NCBI GenBank assembly: GCA_015055535.1
Contig: SVIA01000006.1
Coordinates: forward strand, 1-61,961
Length of the DNA: 61,961 nucleotides
DNA from: Clostridiales bacterium
Lineage (GTDB): Bacteria; Bacillota; Clostridia; Christensenellales; UBA1242
Direction of reading: 5' to 3'
Below, in pieces: positions 9,347 to 22,660 of the stretch. Position 1 is the first letter of the stretch, and every line of letters starts with the position of its first letter. The translations under genes were made by a program, and so were the position numbers. The notes below the pieces were generated by a model. That model searched no databases and had not been told where the DNA came from. It saw nothing but the letters and a program-made list of their open reading frames with translations.

Positions 9347-11443
9347 CTAATCTCCTTTTTCTCTTTTGACATCTACAACTTCTTTAATAGCTTCTAATTT
9401 ATGTATTAAAGATTGTAATTCAGTAATATCTTTAACATCTACTGAAACTTTTAACAATATTAAATTACTATCAATATTATTAACATTAACACCTGTTAAA
9501 TCTATTTTATTTTCAGTAATAACTTTAGTAACATTAACAATAATATTATTTGTTTTATTTGCTATAATACTAATTTTAGCATTAAATTTTTTGTTAGATA
9601 CATTTGTAAATTTAGCACTTATAATTCTTTCTGGATTAAAATTTTTTACATTACAACAGTCTTTTGCGTGAATTGTAACACCACGACCTTGAGAAACAAA
9701 CCCTAAAATTTCATCTCCAGGCACTGGGCTACAGCATTTAGCAAATCTAACCATTAACCCTTTTAAATTATTTTCAAAAACTATACCTTTATTATTTTCA
9801 ACTTGTTTCGAAACTGTTTTTTCTTTAATACTTTCTTCAGTTTTTTGAGTTTCTTTATATTTTGTTAACAACTTATTAACAACTTGTGTGCTAGTTAACG
9901 CACCATATCCAACACTTGCAAATAAATCATCTAAGTTTTTTAAAGACCATTTATCAAATAACTCTTTAAGCCAATCTTCTACAAGTAAATTTTTTAATTC
10001 AACATGTTTTGCTTTACATGTAGCCTCAATTATACTTTTGCCCTTTTTAATATTATCTTCTTTCATTTCTTTTTTAAAAAATGAATTAAGTTTGTTTCTT
10101 GCTTGATTGGTATTTACTATTTTAAGCCAATCACGACTTGGCCCATGACTATTAGCATTTGTTATAATTTCAACAACATCTCCATTTTTCAAATGGTAAG
10201 AAAGCGGTACAATTTTTCCATTAACTTTGCTTCCAACACATTTATTACCAATATCTGAATGTATAGCATAAGCAAAATCTATAGGAGTAGAATTTTCTTT
10301 TAAACTAATAACTTTTCCAAGTGGCGTCTGAACAAAAATTTCATTAGAATAAAGATCAGTTTTTAACTCATCTAAAAAGTCTGAGGCAGTGGAAAAATCT
10401 GTGCTTTCAAGCATTTTCCTTACCCAAGTTAATTTATCATCTAAACTAGTATTTTTAGACTTTTTTTCTTTATATAAAAAGTGTGCAGCAACACCATATT
10501 CTGCAAATTCATGCATTGCTTTAGTACGAATTTGAATTTCTAACGGATCATTACTTTCAGTAATAACTGTTGTATGAATGCTTTTATACCCATTAGCCTT
10601 AGGTCTTATAATATAATCTTTAAAACGTCCATCTATTGGCTTATAAATAGAATTTATATTAGATAAAACTGTATAACATTCACTTTCGGTGTTAACAATA
10701 ATTCTAACAGCTAATAAATCATAAATTTGTGCTAAAGAATAGTTTTTATCCTTTAATTTATTAAAAATACTACTAATATGTTTTACTCTTCCATAAACTT
10801 GTCCATCAATATTTAAGTCTTTTAACATATTTTCTAACTTATTAATATTGATTTGAATTTCTTCTTCCCTATTTTGAATTAAATCATCTAATTCTTCACT
10901 AATTTTTTTATATTCTTCTTTGTAAAAATATTTTATATTTAAATCTTGTAACTCGCTTTTAAATATGCTTAACCCAAGACGTGCTGAAATTGGAGCATAT
11001 AACTCCTTTATTAATAAATGTAAATTATCTGCTTCAATTTGTGTTAAGTCGTCCATAAATTTAGCCGAAATTAAAACATCTGCAAGTTTAACTATAATTA
11101 CGCGAATATCATTTGCAATACTTATAAGTAAATTTTTAATATTTTCTGTACTTATCTCTTCATTTACAATATTTATTTTTTCAATTTTTAAAATGGTGGT
11201 TAAAATAGTTACACATATTTCAGGAAGATCAATGTTTTTAATAATACTATTATCTTTTCTAAATTCATTAAGCAATAAACCTGATAAAATTGAATAATAA
11301 TCTGCTTTTGCTTTAATTAAAATATTAACCATTTCAAAACATTTAATATCAACATTTTCTAATTTATCAATATACTTGTTAATACTTATTTTCTCTTCTT
11401 CAGTTATGCCTTTATAGTTTTCTATAATTGACTTAATATCCAT
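9347..11443 (-). CDS. relA: Long RSH (p)ppGpp synthetase (SYNTH-TGS-ZFD-ACT) with degenerate HD hydrolase domain
   Basis: RFKDYI, NGYKSIHT, EIQIRT, AEYGVAAH, TPIDFAYAIHS, AKCCSPVPGD; HD motif absent. Confidence 0.93.
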   Translation of the reverse strand: MDIKSIIENYKGITEEEKISINKYIDKLENVDIKCFEMVNILIKAKADYYSILSGLLLNEFRKDNSIIKNIDLPEICVTILTTILKIEKINIVNEEISTENIKNLLISIANDIRVIIVKLADVLISAKFMDDLTQIEADNLHLLIKELYAPISARLGLSIFKSELQDLNIKYFYKEEYKKISEELDDLIQNREEEIQININKLENMLKDLNIDGQVYGRVKHISSIFNKLKDKNYSLAQIYDLLAVRIIVNTESECYTVLSNINSIYKPIDGRFKDYIIRPKANGYKSIHTTVITESNDPLEIQIRTKAMHEFAEYGVAAHFLYKEKKSKNTSLDDKLTWVRKMLESTDFSTASDFLDELKTDLYSNEIFVQTPLGKVISLKENSTPIDFAYAIHSDIGNKCVGSKVNGKIVPLSYHLKNGDVVEIITNANSHGPSRDWLKIVNTNQARNKLNSFFKKEMKEDNIKKGKSIIEATCKAKHVELKNLLVEDWLKELFDKWSLKNLDDLFASVGYGALTSTQVVNKLLTKYKETQKTEESIKEKTVSKQVENNKGIVFENNLKGLMVRFAKCCSPVPGDEILGFVSQGRGVTIHAKDCCNVKNFNPERIISAKFTNVSNKKFNAKISIIANKTNNIIVNVTKVITENKIDLTGVNVNNIDSNLILLKVSVDVKDITELQSLIHKLEAIKEVVDVKREKGD

Positions 11444-11462
11444 TTTAACCTCCTTTTTTATA

Positions 11463-13781
11463 TTATTTTTTAACTTTTTTAAATATTTTAGAATTGTTTA
11501 AATCAACTTTATAAGTGCCAAGTTCTAAACTTAATGGATTAGTTTTAAATCCGTACGGTTTAAATAAGTTTAATTCTCTAAAAATTGTTATAGCTAGGTA
11601 ATGTTTTATAAAAGATAGCTTATAATTAATTTTATTTAATAAGTATTTATAATGTTGATAAAAATTTTCAAAACAAACACATACACCGGCTTTTTTCATT
11701 GCAAAATAAGCCTCCAACAATTCTTCTCTATCTATTTTATAATCAAAAATTTCTTTTTCTTCTTTAGGCAAATAAATTTCCGCATGACTTTGGTTTTTTA
11801 AAGCTGTTACAAAAGCATTGTTTATAGGTTTTTGTAGTAAAATAATTTTATCAAATTTATCTATATTATCTAATGAATTTATACCATAAATTAATGTGCT
11901 TTGGCTACAATTTTTATTTAATTTTAAACTTGTTTGTGCAAAATCGCCATTAATATCATTATTACGACTATATGTTATTATTAAAGTTTTATCATTAATA
12001 ATATTATTTAATTGCTTAACACTATTAAAACGTTTAATATTAACTTTTTCTTCTTTTGTATAGATCAATTGATTAATAAAACTTTCTTCAAGCTTAAAAT
12101 CTACGTTTTCTTTTATGTTATTAAATTTAACATTGCGAACAATGCCTTTACATTCTTTTTTACCTTTAAATTCATTTATTTGAAGTTCTATCAAAAACTC
12201 TTTATCATTAAAATTAAAATAATTTTCAAAATTTATTTCATCATTAAACGACATTAAATTAATTTTATTTAAAGTAATTGTTAAATGATTTGGAAATTTT
12301 TTTAATTTACTAACACTACAATTATTTGCTTTCAATAAAAATACTGGCAAACTGTTTTCAAAACCAAAAGGTTGCAAAATGTTTAAAGAATTTATAAAGT
12401 TTAAATTTATATCTTCTTCTTTTAATTCTAAATCGTAATATTTTACTAATTTATAATCTTCTTTAATATAATTTTTATTTAAAAAAGCGTTTGCACTTTC
12501 TTTAAAAGCGTTAAAATTTTCTAATTTTAAACTTAATCCACCAGCTTTTGTATGTCCACCAAAATTAGATAAAAAATCGCTACAACTATTAAATAATTTA
12601 AAAATATCAATATTACCAATACTTCTACCTGAACCCTTTAATTCTCCTAAAGCATATCCAAATAAAATAACCGGTTTATTATATTCTTCTGCTAGTCTTG
12701 CCGCAACTATTCCAAGCACACCTATATCCCAAGATTTATTATATAAAATAATTGCTTTATCCTTAGAAAGATTTTTAATCATTAATTTACTTTCTTCAAA
12801 AATATTATCACAAATTTCTTTTCGTTTTTCGTTTAATATTTCTAATTGTTTTATACAATTTTCAATAAGTTTTTCATCAGAATTTATAAATAAATTTAGA
12901 GCAATAGTTGCATCATCTAATCTGCCCGCAGAATTTATTTTTGGTGCTAATTTATAAGCAATATCTATACTAGTAATATTGTTTAAATTTGAAAAAGTCA
13001 TTTTTAAAAGTTGTTTTACTCCATTTGGCAACAAATCCAAACGTTTTAAGCCCTCTTTAACTATAATTCTATTATCATCAATAAGTGGCACAATATCCGC
13101 AATTGTAGCTATGGCACAAATAGGTAAATATTTTTCATAATTTTCATTATTCAAATTACTTAAAGCTTCTACAATTTTAAAACTTACTCCTGCACCACAA
13201 AGGCCTTTAAAATTATATTCCTGATCAAATTTTGGATTTACAATTAAGCAATTTGGTAAATTTTCGGGCAGTTCATGATGATCTGTAACAATAATATCAA
13301 TTCCCATTTGCTTAATATATTCTACTTCTTTTTCACAACTTATTCCACAATCTACAGTTATTATTAAATCTGGTTTCTCTTTTTGTGCAATTTTATCTAT
13401 ACAAGGACAACTTAAACCATAGCCATCTTCAAATCTATTAGGAAGATATGTTTTTATATTCTTAGTTTTTTCTATTAAATAGTTATGTAGAATACTTACA
13501 GCACAAACCCCGTCTACATCATAATCCCCAAAAATTAATATTTTTTCATTGTTTTTAATAGCCAAATTAATTCTTTCAACAACTTTATTCATATTATTCA
13601 ATAAAAATGGATTTTTTAAATTGGTTATATCATCATATAAAAAACTACTAATTTTTTCTTTTGAATTATAGCCTCTAGCATATAAAATTTCTATTATTTT
13701 TTTATTTATAGAAAAACTTTTAGAAAAATTTTCTAAAATACCTTTATCTATTAAATTTTCATTTAACTTTTTAAATTCCAT
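11463..13781 (-). CDS. recJ: ssDNA exonuclease RecJ
   Basis: GDYDVDG, TVDCG, TDHH, GSGRS, GGH motifs. Confidence 0.95.
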   Translation of the reverse strand: MEFKKLNENLIDKGILENFSKSFSINKKIIEILYARGYNSKEKISSFLYDDITNLKNPFLLNNMNKVVERINLAIKNNEKILIFGDYDVDGVCAVSILHNYLIEKTKNIKTYLPNRFEDGYGLSCPCIDKIAQKEKPDLIITVDCGISCEKEVEYIKQMGIDIIVTDHHELPENLPNCLIVNPKFDQEYNFKGLCGAGVSFKIVEALSNLNNENYEKYLPICAIATIADIVPLIDDNRIIVKEGLKRLDLLPNGVKQLLKMTFSNLNNITSIDIAYKLAPKINSAGRLDDATIALNLFINSDEKLIENCIKQLEILNEKRKEICDNIFEESKLMIKNLSKDKAIILYNKSWDIGVLGIVAARLAEEYNKPVILFGYALGELKGSGRSIGNIDIFKLFNSCSDFLSNFGGHTKAGGLSLKLENFNAFKESANAFLNKNYIKEDYKLVKYYDLELKEEDINLNFINSLNILQPFGFENSLPVFLLKANNCSVSKLKKFPNHLTITLNKINLMSFNDEINFENYFNFNDKEFLIELQINEFKGKKECKGIVRNVKFNNIKENVDFKLEESFINQLIYTKEEKVNIKRFNSVKQLNNIINDKTLIITYSRNNDINGDFAQTSLKLNKNCSQSTLIYGINSLDNIDKFDKIILLQKPINNAFVTALKNQSHAEIYLPKEEKEIFDYKIDREELLEAYFAMKKAGVCVCFENFYQHYKYLLNKINYKLSFIKHYLAITIFRELNLFKPYGFKTNPLSLELGTYKVDLNNSKIFKKVKK

Positions 13782-13832
13782 AAACGAACAATAAAAACCT
13801 TTCTTAAATGAAAGGTTTTTTCTCCTAAAAAT

Positions 13833-14837
13833 TTACTTATTAACTTCGGTTTTATCTTTTGCTTTTCTTGTAGTTTTACTTGAAATAAATGCCCAAACTG
13901 GACCAGCAAGCATAACTGATGAATAAATACCCGAAAGCAAACCAAATAAGATAGGAAGTAAGAATTCTTTAATACTTGCAACACCTAAAATTGTTAAAGC
14001 TAAAATAGCAACAATTGTAGTTAAAGCTGTTAGTATTGTTCTAGATAATACTTGTTTAATACTAATATTTGCAAGTTCATTTGGCGTAGCATTACTATAA
14101 GCTTCCTTTTTCTTATTTTCTCTAATTCTATCAAAAACAATAATAACGTTATTAATAGAATAACCAATAATTGTAATTAATGCGGCTATAAACCCTGCAT
14201 TTATTTGAATTCTAAACACTGCAACTAATGCACACATAATTAAAACGTCATGTATTAACATTAAAATAGCTGTTAAACCACTAAGTAATTCAAACCTTAT
14301 TGCAATGTAAATTAAAATTAATATTACAGCAATCAAAATTGCTAAAATTGAATTAATTAACAACGATCTACTAGCAGTGGCAGCTATTCTTGAACCGTTT
14401 GAAATTTCTACATTTAATGTTTCATTATTAAGAGAAAGCCCAGATTGTATCTCAGTTTTAAGATTATCTATTTCTTCTTGCATTTGTTCTTCTGTTAAAT
14501 TAGTTTTATCTACAAATCTAACAATTATAGTAGACTCTTCTCCAACTCCCTCTTGTTGAATATAACCAACTTTAAATCCGTTGTTTTCTACAATATTTGT
14601 TAATTGTGATGAAACAATGTTGTAATTATTTCCTTGTTCCAAAACTGAACCAACTTTAACATTTAAAACTGTTCCACCAACAAAATCAATACCCAAATTA
14701 AATCCAAATATAGAAACAATTAAAATTCCAGCAATAATTAAAACGCTACTTATAATTGAACAAATTTTTAATTTGCTTGTAAAACTAAAATTTTCTAGTT
14801 TTTCTTTAAATTTTTTTGCAATTTTATTTGATTTCAT
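13833..14837 (-). CDS. secF: Protein translocase subunit SecF
   Basis: GIDFVGG, IIGYSINNVIIVFDRIRE. Confidence 0.93.
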   Translation of the reverse strand: MKSNKIAKKFKEKLENFSFTSKLKICSIISSVLIIAGILIVSIFGFNLGIDFVGGTVLNVKVGSVLEQGNNYNIVSSQLTNIVENNGFKVGYIQQEGVGEESTIIVRFVDKTNLTEEQMQEEIDNLKTEIQSGLSLNNETLNVEISNGSRIAATASRSLLINSILAILIAVILILIYIAIRFELLSGLTAILMLIHDVLIMCALVAVFRIQINAGFIAALITIIGYSINNVIIVFDRIRENKKKEAYSNATPNELANISIKQVLSRTILTALTTIVAILALTILGVASIKEFLLPILFGLLSGIYSSVMLAGPVWAFISSKTTRKAKDKTEVNK

Positions 14838-16119
14838 CTACAGTAGCCTCCCTTTTAAAGTTTAATTTTTTAGGATTTTTACTGTTTAAATGTAAATACC
14901 ATTTACAGAATATTCTAGTTAGTACTAAAGCTGTAAACATAGAAATTAAAATACCAATAGCTAGTGTTATTGCAAAACTTTTTATAGTACCAGAACCAAA
15001 AATATATAATACTAAACAGGCAATTAATGTAGTAACATTACTATCTAAAATTGTAATTAAACCTTTTTTAAATCCCGCATCAACACTTGTTGGAATTTTC
15101 TTGCCCTTTTTATACTCTTCTTTCATTCTTTCAAATATAACAATATTAGCATCAACAGCCATACCCAAACTTAATATTATACCGGCAATACCAGCTAAAG
15201 TTAATTGTACTAGTGGGATTGCTTGTAAGAAAAATAGCATTAAAATTAAATAAATTGTTAAGCTTAAATTTGCAATTAATCCAAAATCTTTATAAACAAC
15301 ATACATTATTATAAAAATTAAAGCAAGTCCAACTACTCCACCAATAATTGCCCATTTCAATGCTTCTTTACCTAAAGTTGCACTTACATATTCATTAGAG
15401 TGAAGTGTTAATTTAACGTCGAATGTACCACTCATTATTTTCGTAGCATATTCTTGTGCTTCTTCTAAACTATTCATACTTCCACTAATAAATGTTTCGC
15501 CGCCTGCAATTGTTTCTTGAACTGTGGCTTGAGAATAAAATTCTCCACCAATAAACATGTATAAAGTACCATTACTACTAGAAAGCTCAGCTGTTAATTC
15601 TCTAAAAAGGTTAGCACCTTCTTCATTAAACTTAATGCTAACACCATATGTGCCATTTTGTTGACCAGCCTGTACGTTTGTTATATGTTTACCTGTAATA
15701 ATAGCTTCAGCTTCTTCACTATTTTCTTTTTTAATTTCAAGTTCAGCAGGTTCACCTATTAGATTTAAAATTTCCTCAGGATCTTCTACATCTGGAACTT
15801 CTACCCTTATTTGTGTAGCATTTAAACCACTACCTTGTTTTACTACAGTTGCTTCAGAATAACCTTTACTTGTTAATAAATCTGAAATTCTAGCTATAGT
15901 CGCTTGTACTTGACTATCAAAATTAGTTGAATTATCATCTATATTTTTAACATTATATACAGCAAGCACACCGCCCTCTAAGTCTATACCAAGTTTAATA
16001 GAATTAGCAAATCCATTATAAGTGTAAATACCAATATCAAAACTAAATATACTTAAAAACAAACCTATAACAACTAAAACACTTGTAACTATAAATTTTG
16101 TAATTGCTCTTTTCTTCAT
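14824..16119 (-). CDS. secD: Protein translocase subunit SecD
   Basis: LGIDLEGG, GMAVDANIVIFER, ILDSNVTT. Confidence 0.93.
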   Translation of the reverse strand: MKKRAITKFIVTSVLVVIGLFLSIFSFDIGIYTYNGFANSIKLGIDLEGGVLAVYNVKNIDDNSTNFDSQVQATIARISDLLTSKGYSEATVVKQGSGLNATQIRVEVPDVEDPEEILNLIGEPAELEIKKENSEEAEAIITGKHITNVQAGQQNGTYGVSIKFNEEGANLFRELTAELSSSNGTLYMFIGGEFYSQATVQETIAGGETFISGSMNSLEEAQEYATKIMSGTFDVKLTLHSNEYVSATLGKEALKWAIIGGVVGLALIFIIMYVVYKDFGLIANLSLTIYLILMLFFLQAIPLVQLTLAGIAGIILSLGMAVDANIVIFERMKEEYKKGKKIPTSVDAGFKKGLITILDSNVTTLIACLVLYIFGSGTIKSFAITLAIGILISMFTALVLTRIFCKWYLHLNSKNPKKLNFKREATVDEIK

Positions 16120-16385
16120 TCTAGTCTATATTCTCCTTAAACTTATCTATTATATAAAATAAAAAAATATAAGTCAACTATATTAAAAAAATAAATTAAT
16201 TTTATATATTTTAAATATTTTAATATAAAATAAAAAAAAGATAAAATAAAATTATCAAAAATTTTAAATTTATCTTAATTATTACCTATTAGAAACAACT
16301 TAATCACTAAAATTTAACTTTAAATTTTAACACTTTTATACAAATTATTAAAACAAAATAAAAAAGCAAGCTTTATAAACCAATT

Positions 16386-16784
16386 TTATCTTTTTCGGAA
16401 AATATTACATATTATAGTTGAAATTAATCCAACCACTGCTCCAAACAAAACATCTAAAAAAATGGTTAAACTAAATTCAAATTTTCCATTTAAAGCACTA
16501 AATAATAAAAATGCTAAAACAGTATAGAAAACCCCAATTAAAATGCCTTTAAAAACAGTTTTATTTTCTACACTTTTTAGTGCACTAAAACACCCCACCA
16601 AAATACTTATAACTTTAATAATTTGATTTATTGGTTTAATTAATCCGTCAGAAATATCGGTTAATTTTATTATAAAAGCAAAAATTAATATTGCAACTAA
16701 ACTTACTATAAGCGCATTTAATGCTCCTTTTAAAATTGTAAATACTGAGCTTTTTTCTTTAATTCTAATTTTTTTAATATTCAT
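16386..16784 (-). CDS. TIGR04086-type four-TM membrane protein
   Basis: Four hydrophobic segments, PINQIIKVISI; usual position downstream of yajC. Confidence 0.75.
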   Translation of the reverse strand: MNIKKIRIKEKSSVFTILKGALNALIVSLVAILIFAFIIKLTDISDGLIKPINQIIKVISILVGCFSALKSVENKTVFKGILIGVFYTVLAFLLFSALNGKFEFSLTIFLDVLFGAVVGLISTIICNIFRKR

Positions 16785-16854
16785 ACAACCCTCTTAGTTA
16801 ATTGTATGTTTTTTATTTTTTTAATAGAACTTAAAAATTAAAACTCTTTAACAT

Positions 16855-16879
16855 AAAAAAACGGGAACATATCCCGTTA
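16855..16879 (-). terminator. Terminator after yajC
   Basis: AACGGGA-ACATA-TCCCGTT hairpin with T tract on the minus strand. Confidence 0.7.
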
Positions 16880-16881
16880 AA

Positions 16882-17328
16882 TTATTTTTTTGTTGTTTTT
16901 TTAGTTGTTGTTTTTTTAGTTGTTCTTTTTTTAGGTTCTTCTTTTACTTCTTCAACAGCTTCAGCGTTTACATTTTCAACTTTTTCTTCAGATTGAACTT
17001 CCTCTAAATCTACTATTTCTTCTTTACTATCAATTGAATAAATAGCTTCTACATTCATTTCTAAATAGCTTACTTTATCACCTTCACCAGATTTAATTAA
17101 AACAATTTTACCGTCTGTTGTTTCAGTAACTTTTTCAATAGTACCATAAATAAAAGTTTTAGTTAAAACTTTAGCTCCAACTTCTAGTTTGTCTTGCATT
17201 TCTTTTTGATTTTGCATATATTTTTTATTTTTAAAATAACTTAAAACAAACATACCTGCACATGCAACTATTAAAACAATAATTAAAACTAAATTTCCTG
17301 TATTTTGACTTGCTAATAATAAATTCAT
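16882..17328 (-). CDS. yajC: Preprotein translocase subunit YajC
   Basis: Single TM, then LEVGAKVLT..IYGTI; follows tgt; Lys/Thr-rich tail. Confidence 0.8.
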   Translation of the reverse strand: MNLLLASQNTGNLVLIIVLIVACAGMFVLSYFKNKKYMQNQKEMQDKLEVGAKVLTKTFIYGTIEKVTETTDGKIVLIKSGEGDKVSYLEMNVEAIYSIDSKEEIVDLEEVQSEEKVENVNAEAVEEVKEEPKKRTTKKTTTKKTTKK

Positions 17329-17410
17329 ATTTAACTCCTTTCTTTAAGTTTAACAAATTATAAAATTAAAAACAAATAAATTATCAATATTTTTATAAAT
17401 TATTTGTATA

Positions 17411-19248
<1,838 letters not shown>

Positions 19249-19302
19249 ATTTCCTCCTTACAAAATAATTATACAACATTATTTATTTATTTTCAATATA
19301 AA

Positions 19303-20346
19303 TTATATTAATAAACATGCATCGCCAAAACTAAAAAATCTGTATTTTTCTTTTACTGCTTCATTATAAAAGTTTAAAGTATTATCTAGTCCGCAAAAAG
19401 CCGAAACAAGCATAATTAAAGTGCTTTCTGGCAAATGAAAATTAGTAATTAGTCCTTTTACTATTTTAAACTCATAACCAGGATAAATAAAAATATTAGT
19501 ATTTCCTTTACCAGCTTTTACATAATATTTATCCCCAAGTTTTTCATTAGAACTCTCTAAAGTTCTTACACTTGTAGTTCCAACCGCAAAAACACGACGA
19601 TTTTCGCTAATTGCTTTATTTATTTCATCTGCACTTTCCTGTGAAATTTCATAATATTCACTATGCATATCGTGTTCTAAAATGTTATCAGCACTTACCG
19701 GTCTAAAAGTTCCAAGTCCTACATGTAATAATACATTTACTATAATTACACCTTTTTCTTTTAATTTGTTAAGTAATTCCTTTGTAAAATGAAGCCCTGC
19801 CGTTGGAGCTGCACTTGAACCAGTTGTTTTAGAATATATTGTTTGATATCTTTCTTTATCGTTTAATTTTTCTCTAATATATGGTGGTAATGGCATTAAT
19901 CCCACTTTATCTAGCTCTTCTTCAAATATACCATTTACATTAAACTCAACCTTACCTAGTCCCATTTCACCCTTTTCTAAAATAGTACAAGATAAATTAT
20001 CGCTAAATTTAATTAAAGAGCCAATTTTTGCTTTTTTTGCTGGTTTTAATAAAACTTCATACTTGTTTTGTTCATACTTTTTAAGTAAAAAAACTTCTAT
20101 TTTTGCATTAGTATCAGCTTTATTACCTATTAACCTTGCTGGAATAACCCTTGTATTATTTACAACTATTACATCACCACTTTTAAAGTAGTTTAAAATA
20201 TCATAAAAGTGTTTATGTTCTATTTTTTCAGTCTTTCTATCAAACACAAGCATTCTACTATGATCTCTCGGCTCAATTGGTGTTTGAGCAATTAACTCTT
20301 CTGGCAAATTATAAAAATATGTTTCCTTTTTAAAAATGTCTTTCAT
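19303..20346 (-). CDS. queA: SAM:tRNA ribosyltransferase-isomerase
   Basis: LPEELIAQTP, PLPPYI, AAPTAGLHF, TNFHLPEST, FFSFGDA. Confidence 0.97.
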   Translation of the reverse strand: MKDIFKKETYFYNLPEELIAQTPIEPRDHSRMLVFDRKTEKIEHKHFYDILNYFKSGDVIVVNNTRVIPARLIGNKADTNAKIEVFLLKKYEQNKYEVLLKPAKKAKIGSLIKFSDNLSCTILEKGEMGLGKVEFNVNGIFEEELDKVGLMPLPPYIREKLNDKERYQTIYSKTTGSSAAPTAGLHFTKELLNKLKEKGVIIVNVLLHVGLGTFRPVSADNILEHDMHSEYYEISQESADEINKAISENRRVFAVGTTSVRTLESSNEKLGDKYYVKAGKGNTNIFIYPGYEFKIVKGLITNFHLPESTLIMLVSAFCGLDNTLNFYNEAVKEKYRFFSFGDACLLI

Positions 20347-21392
20347 TATTCTTCTTCTTTTTTAATGTTATTTAATTCATTTTTCTTTTCTTCACTAAGT
20401 TTTCTATTTAAATGTTCATACGCAAGTGGTAAACAAATTCTTCCTCTTGGAGTTCTTGCAATAAAGCCAATTTGTAGTAAATATGGTTCATAAACATCTT
20501 CAATAGTAGTCGTTTCTTCATTAGTAGAAGCCGATAATGTCTCTAAACCAACTGGACCACCATTAAATTTATCTATCATTACTTCAAGAATTCTTCTATC
20601 TGTATAATCTAAACCGTATTCATCTACTTCTAACATATTTAAACTATTTTTAGCAAGTTCTAGCGTTATTACGCCGTTTCCGTTAACGAGAGCAAAATCT
20701 CTAACACGACGAAGTAATCTGTTTGCTATTCTTGGTGTTCCTCTACTTCTTTTTGCAATTTCTAAGCTAGATTCTTCATCTATATTTACCCCTAGTATTT
20801 TAGCACTTCTAAGTATAATTCTAGTTAACTCTTTGCTGTTATACATTTCTAAGCGCGAAATAACCCCAAAACGATCTCTTAAAGGAGCTGTTAAATTTCC
20901 AGCCTTAGTTGTTGCTCCAATTAAAGTAAAGGGTTGAATTTTTAATCTCATAGCTCTTGCACTTGGCCCTTTACCAACTATAAAGTCTAGGGCGTAATCT
21001 TCCATAGCCGGATATAAAATTTCTTCTACACTTCTATTAAGTCTATGGATTTCATCAATAAATAAAACATCATTTTTACTTAAATTTGTAAGTATTGAAG
21101 CAAGATCGGCAGCACTTTCTATTGCTGGTCCACTTGTTATTTTAATTTGACTACCTAGTTCATTTGCAATAATATGGCTAAGTGTGGTTTTTCCTAGTCC
21201 TGGTGGGCCATATAAAAGCACGTGGTCTAAAGCTTCTTCTCTAGCTTTAGCTGCCTTTATAAAAACATTTAAATTTGCTTTTATTTTATCTTGTCCAACA
21301 TAATCTTCAAGCTTTGTTGGTCTTAGCTTATTTTCTACTTCAAGTTCACTTTCATTTTTAGTGCTTGTAATAAATCTTTCTTCTTCTCTCAT
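20346..21392 (-). CDS. ruvB: Holliday junction branch migration ATPase
   Basis: [27 protein letters not shown]. Confidence 0.97.
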   Translation of the reverse strand: MREEERFITSTKNESELEVENKLRPTKLEDYVGQDKIKANLNVFIKAAKAREEALDHVLLYGPPGLGKTTLSHIIANELGSQIKITSGPAIESAADLASILTNLSKNDVLFIDEIHRLNRSVEEILYPAMEDYALDFIVGKGPSARAMRLKIQPFTLIGATTKAGNLTAPLRDRFGVISRLEMYNSKELTRIILRSAKILGVNIDEESSLEIAKRSRGTPRIANRLLRRVRDFALVNGNGVITLELAKNSLNMLEVDEYGLDYTDRRILEVMIDKFNGGPVGLETLSASTNEETTTIEDVYEPYLLQIGFIARTPRGRICLPLAYEHLNRKLSEEKKNELNNIKKEEE

Positions 21393-21394
21393 GA

Positions 21395-21988
21395 TTACCT
21401 ACTTAAATTTTTTAATACTTTTTCAATTAATGTTTCTACGGTATCGTTTACATCATACTCTTGTTTTATTTTCTTCATTGCATCAGTTTTAGTTAAACCA
21501 AGTGTAACTAATGCCATTAAGGCATCGTTTACAATACTACTAGATAAATCAATGTTTTCATTAACAGTAGATGATTGAACCAATAATTCATTTCCGACTT
21601 TTTCTTTTAGCTCTAATATAATTCTTTCAGCTGTCTTTTTGCCAACCCCTTTAACTCTACTTAACATTAAAGTGTCTTCAGCTACAATTGAAGTTACTAA
21701 ATCGGTTAAACTTGCGCCACTTAAAATTGATATTGCCATTTTCGGTCCTACGCCATTTACAGTAATTAGTTTTAAAAATAATTCTTTTTCATTAATAGTA
21801 GAAAAACCAAAAAGTGAAATTCCATCTTCCCTTACTTGTAAATAAGTAAAAATTTCAGTCTCTTCTTTGTTAACAATATTTAAATAAGTGTTTGTTGAAA
21901 TATTAACTTCATAACCAACATTACTTACTTCTATTATAATTAAGTTTTCAGATTTTTGTAATAATTTACCTTTTAAATATGCTATCAT
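21395..21988 (-). CDS. ruvA: Holliday junction binding protein
   Basis: [24 protein letters not shown]. Confidence 0.96.
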   Translation of the reverse strand: MIAYLKGKLLQKSENLIIIEVSNVGYEVNISTNTYLNIVNKEETEIFTYLQVREDGISLFGFSTINEKELFLKLITVNGVGPKMAISILSGASLTDLVTSIVAEDTLMLSRVKGVGKKTAERIILELKEKVGNELLVQSSTVNENIDLSSSIVNDALMALVTLGLTKTDAMKKIKQEYDVNDTVETLIEKVLKNLSR

Positions 21989-22007
21989 AAAAATTTTCCT
22001 TTAATTT

Positions 22008-22499
22008 TTAATATTTAAAATTCCCTATTGCTTGATTTGTTTGACTATGACAAACCGCAACTGCTAATGCATCTGCTGCATCATCAGGCTTTGGAATTTC
22101 TTTTAAGTTTAATATTGCTTTAACCATATATTGAACTTGAGCTTTTTCAGCTCTACCTTGACCGGTTAATGCTTGTTTTATTTGAAGAGGTGTATATTCA
22201 AATAATTTTCCTATTTTCTTTTTTGCTTTAACAACTATTACGCCCCTTGCTTCTGCTACATTTATTGCCGTTTTTTGGTTATTTTGAAAAAATAACTCTT
22301 CAATTGCTAAACAATCTGGCTTATATTTTTCTATTAAATAATCTAAAGCATCATCTATTTGTACTAATCTATCTGGAAAAGTATCATCTTTATGAGTTGT
22401 TATAACGCCATAATCTAAACAAGTTGTAGTATTTCCTATTTTTTCTATAACCCCATAACCTACTATTGCATAACCCGGGTCAATTCCAAGTATAATCAT
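22008..22499 (-). CDS. ruvC: Holliday junction resolvase
   Basis: LGIDPG, IEELFF, PDDAADALA. Confidence 0.96.
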   Translation of the reverse strand: MIILGIDPGYAIVGYGVIEKIGNTTTCLDYGVITTHKDDTFPDRLVQIDDALDYLIEKYKPDCLAIEELFFQNNQKTAINVAEARGVIVVKAKKKIGKLFEYTPLQIKQALTGQGRAEKAQVQYMVKAILNLKEIPKPDDAADALAVAVCHSQTNQAIGNFKY

Positions 22500-22633
22500 A
22501 GTTTAATTATATATTTTATTTAAACTATTGTCAAATACACTATTGCATTTAATTTTTAAATTTTAAAATACTTCAAATTTTATAAACTTATATAATTAAA
22601 AATTTTTAAAGTGCAAATAGAACTATTTTGCAC

Positions 22634-22660
22634 AAAAAAAAGGTGGCATTACCACCTTTT
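22634..22660 (-). terminator. Terminator after the orphan ORF
   Basis: AAAAGGTGG-CATTA-CCACCTTTT. Confidence 0.75.
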
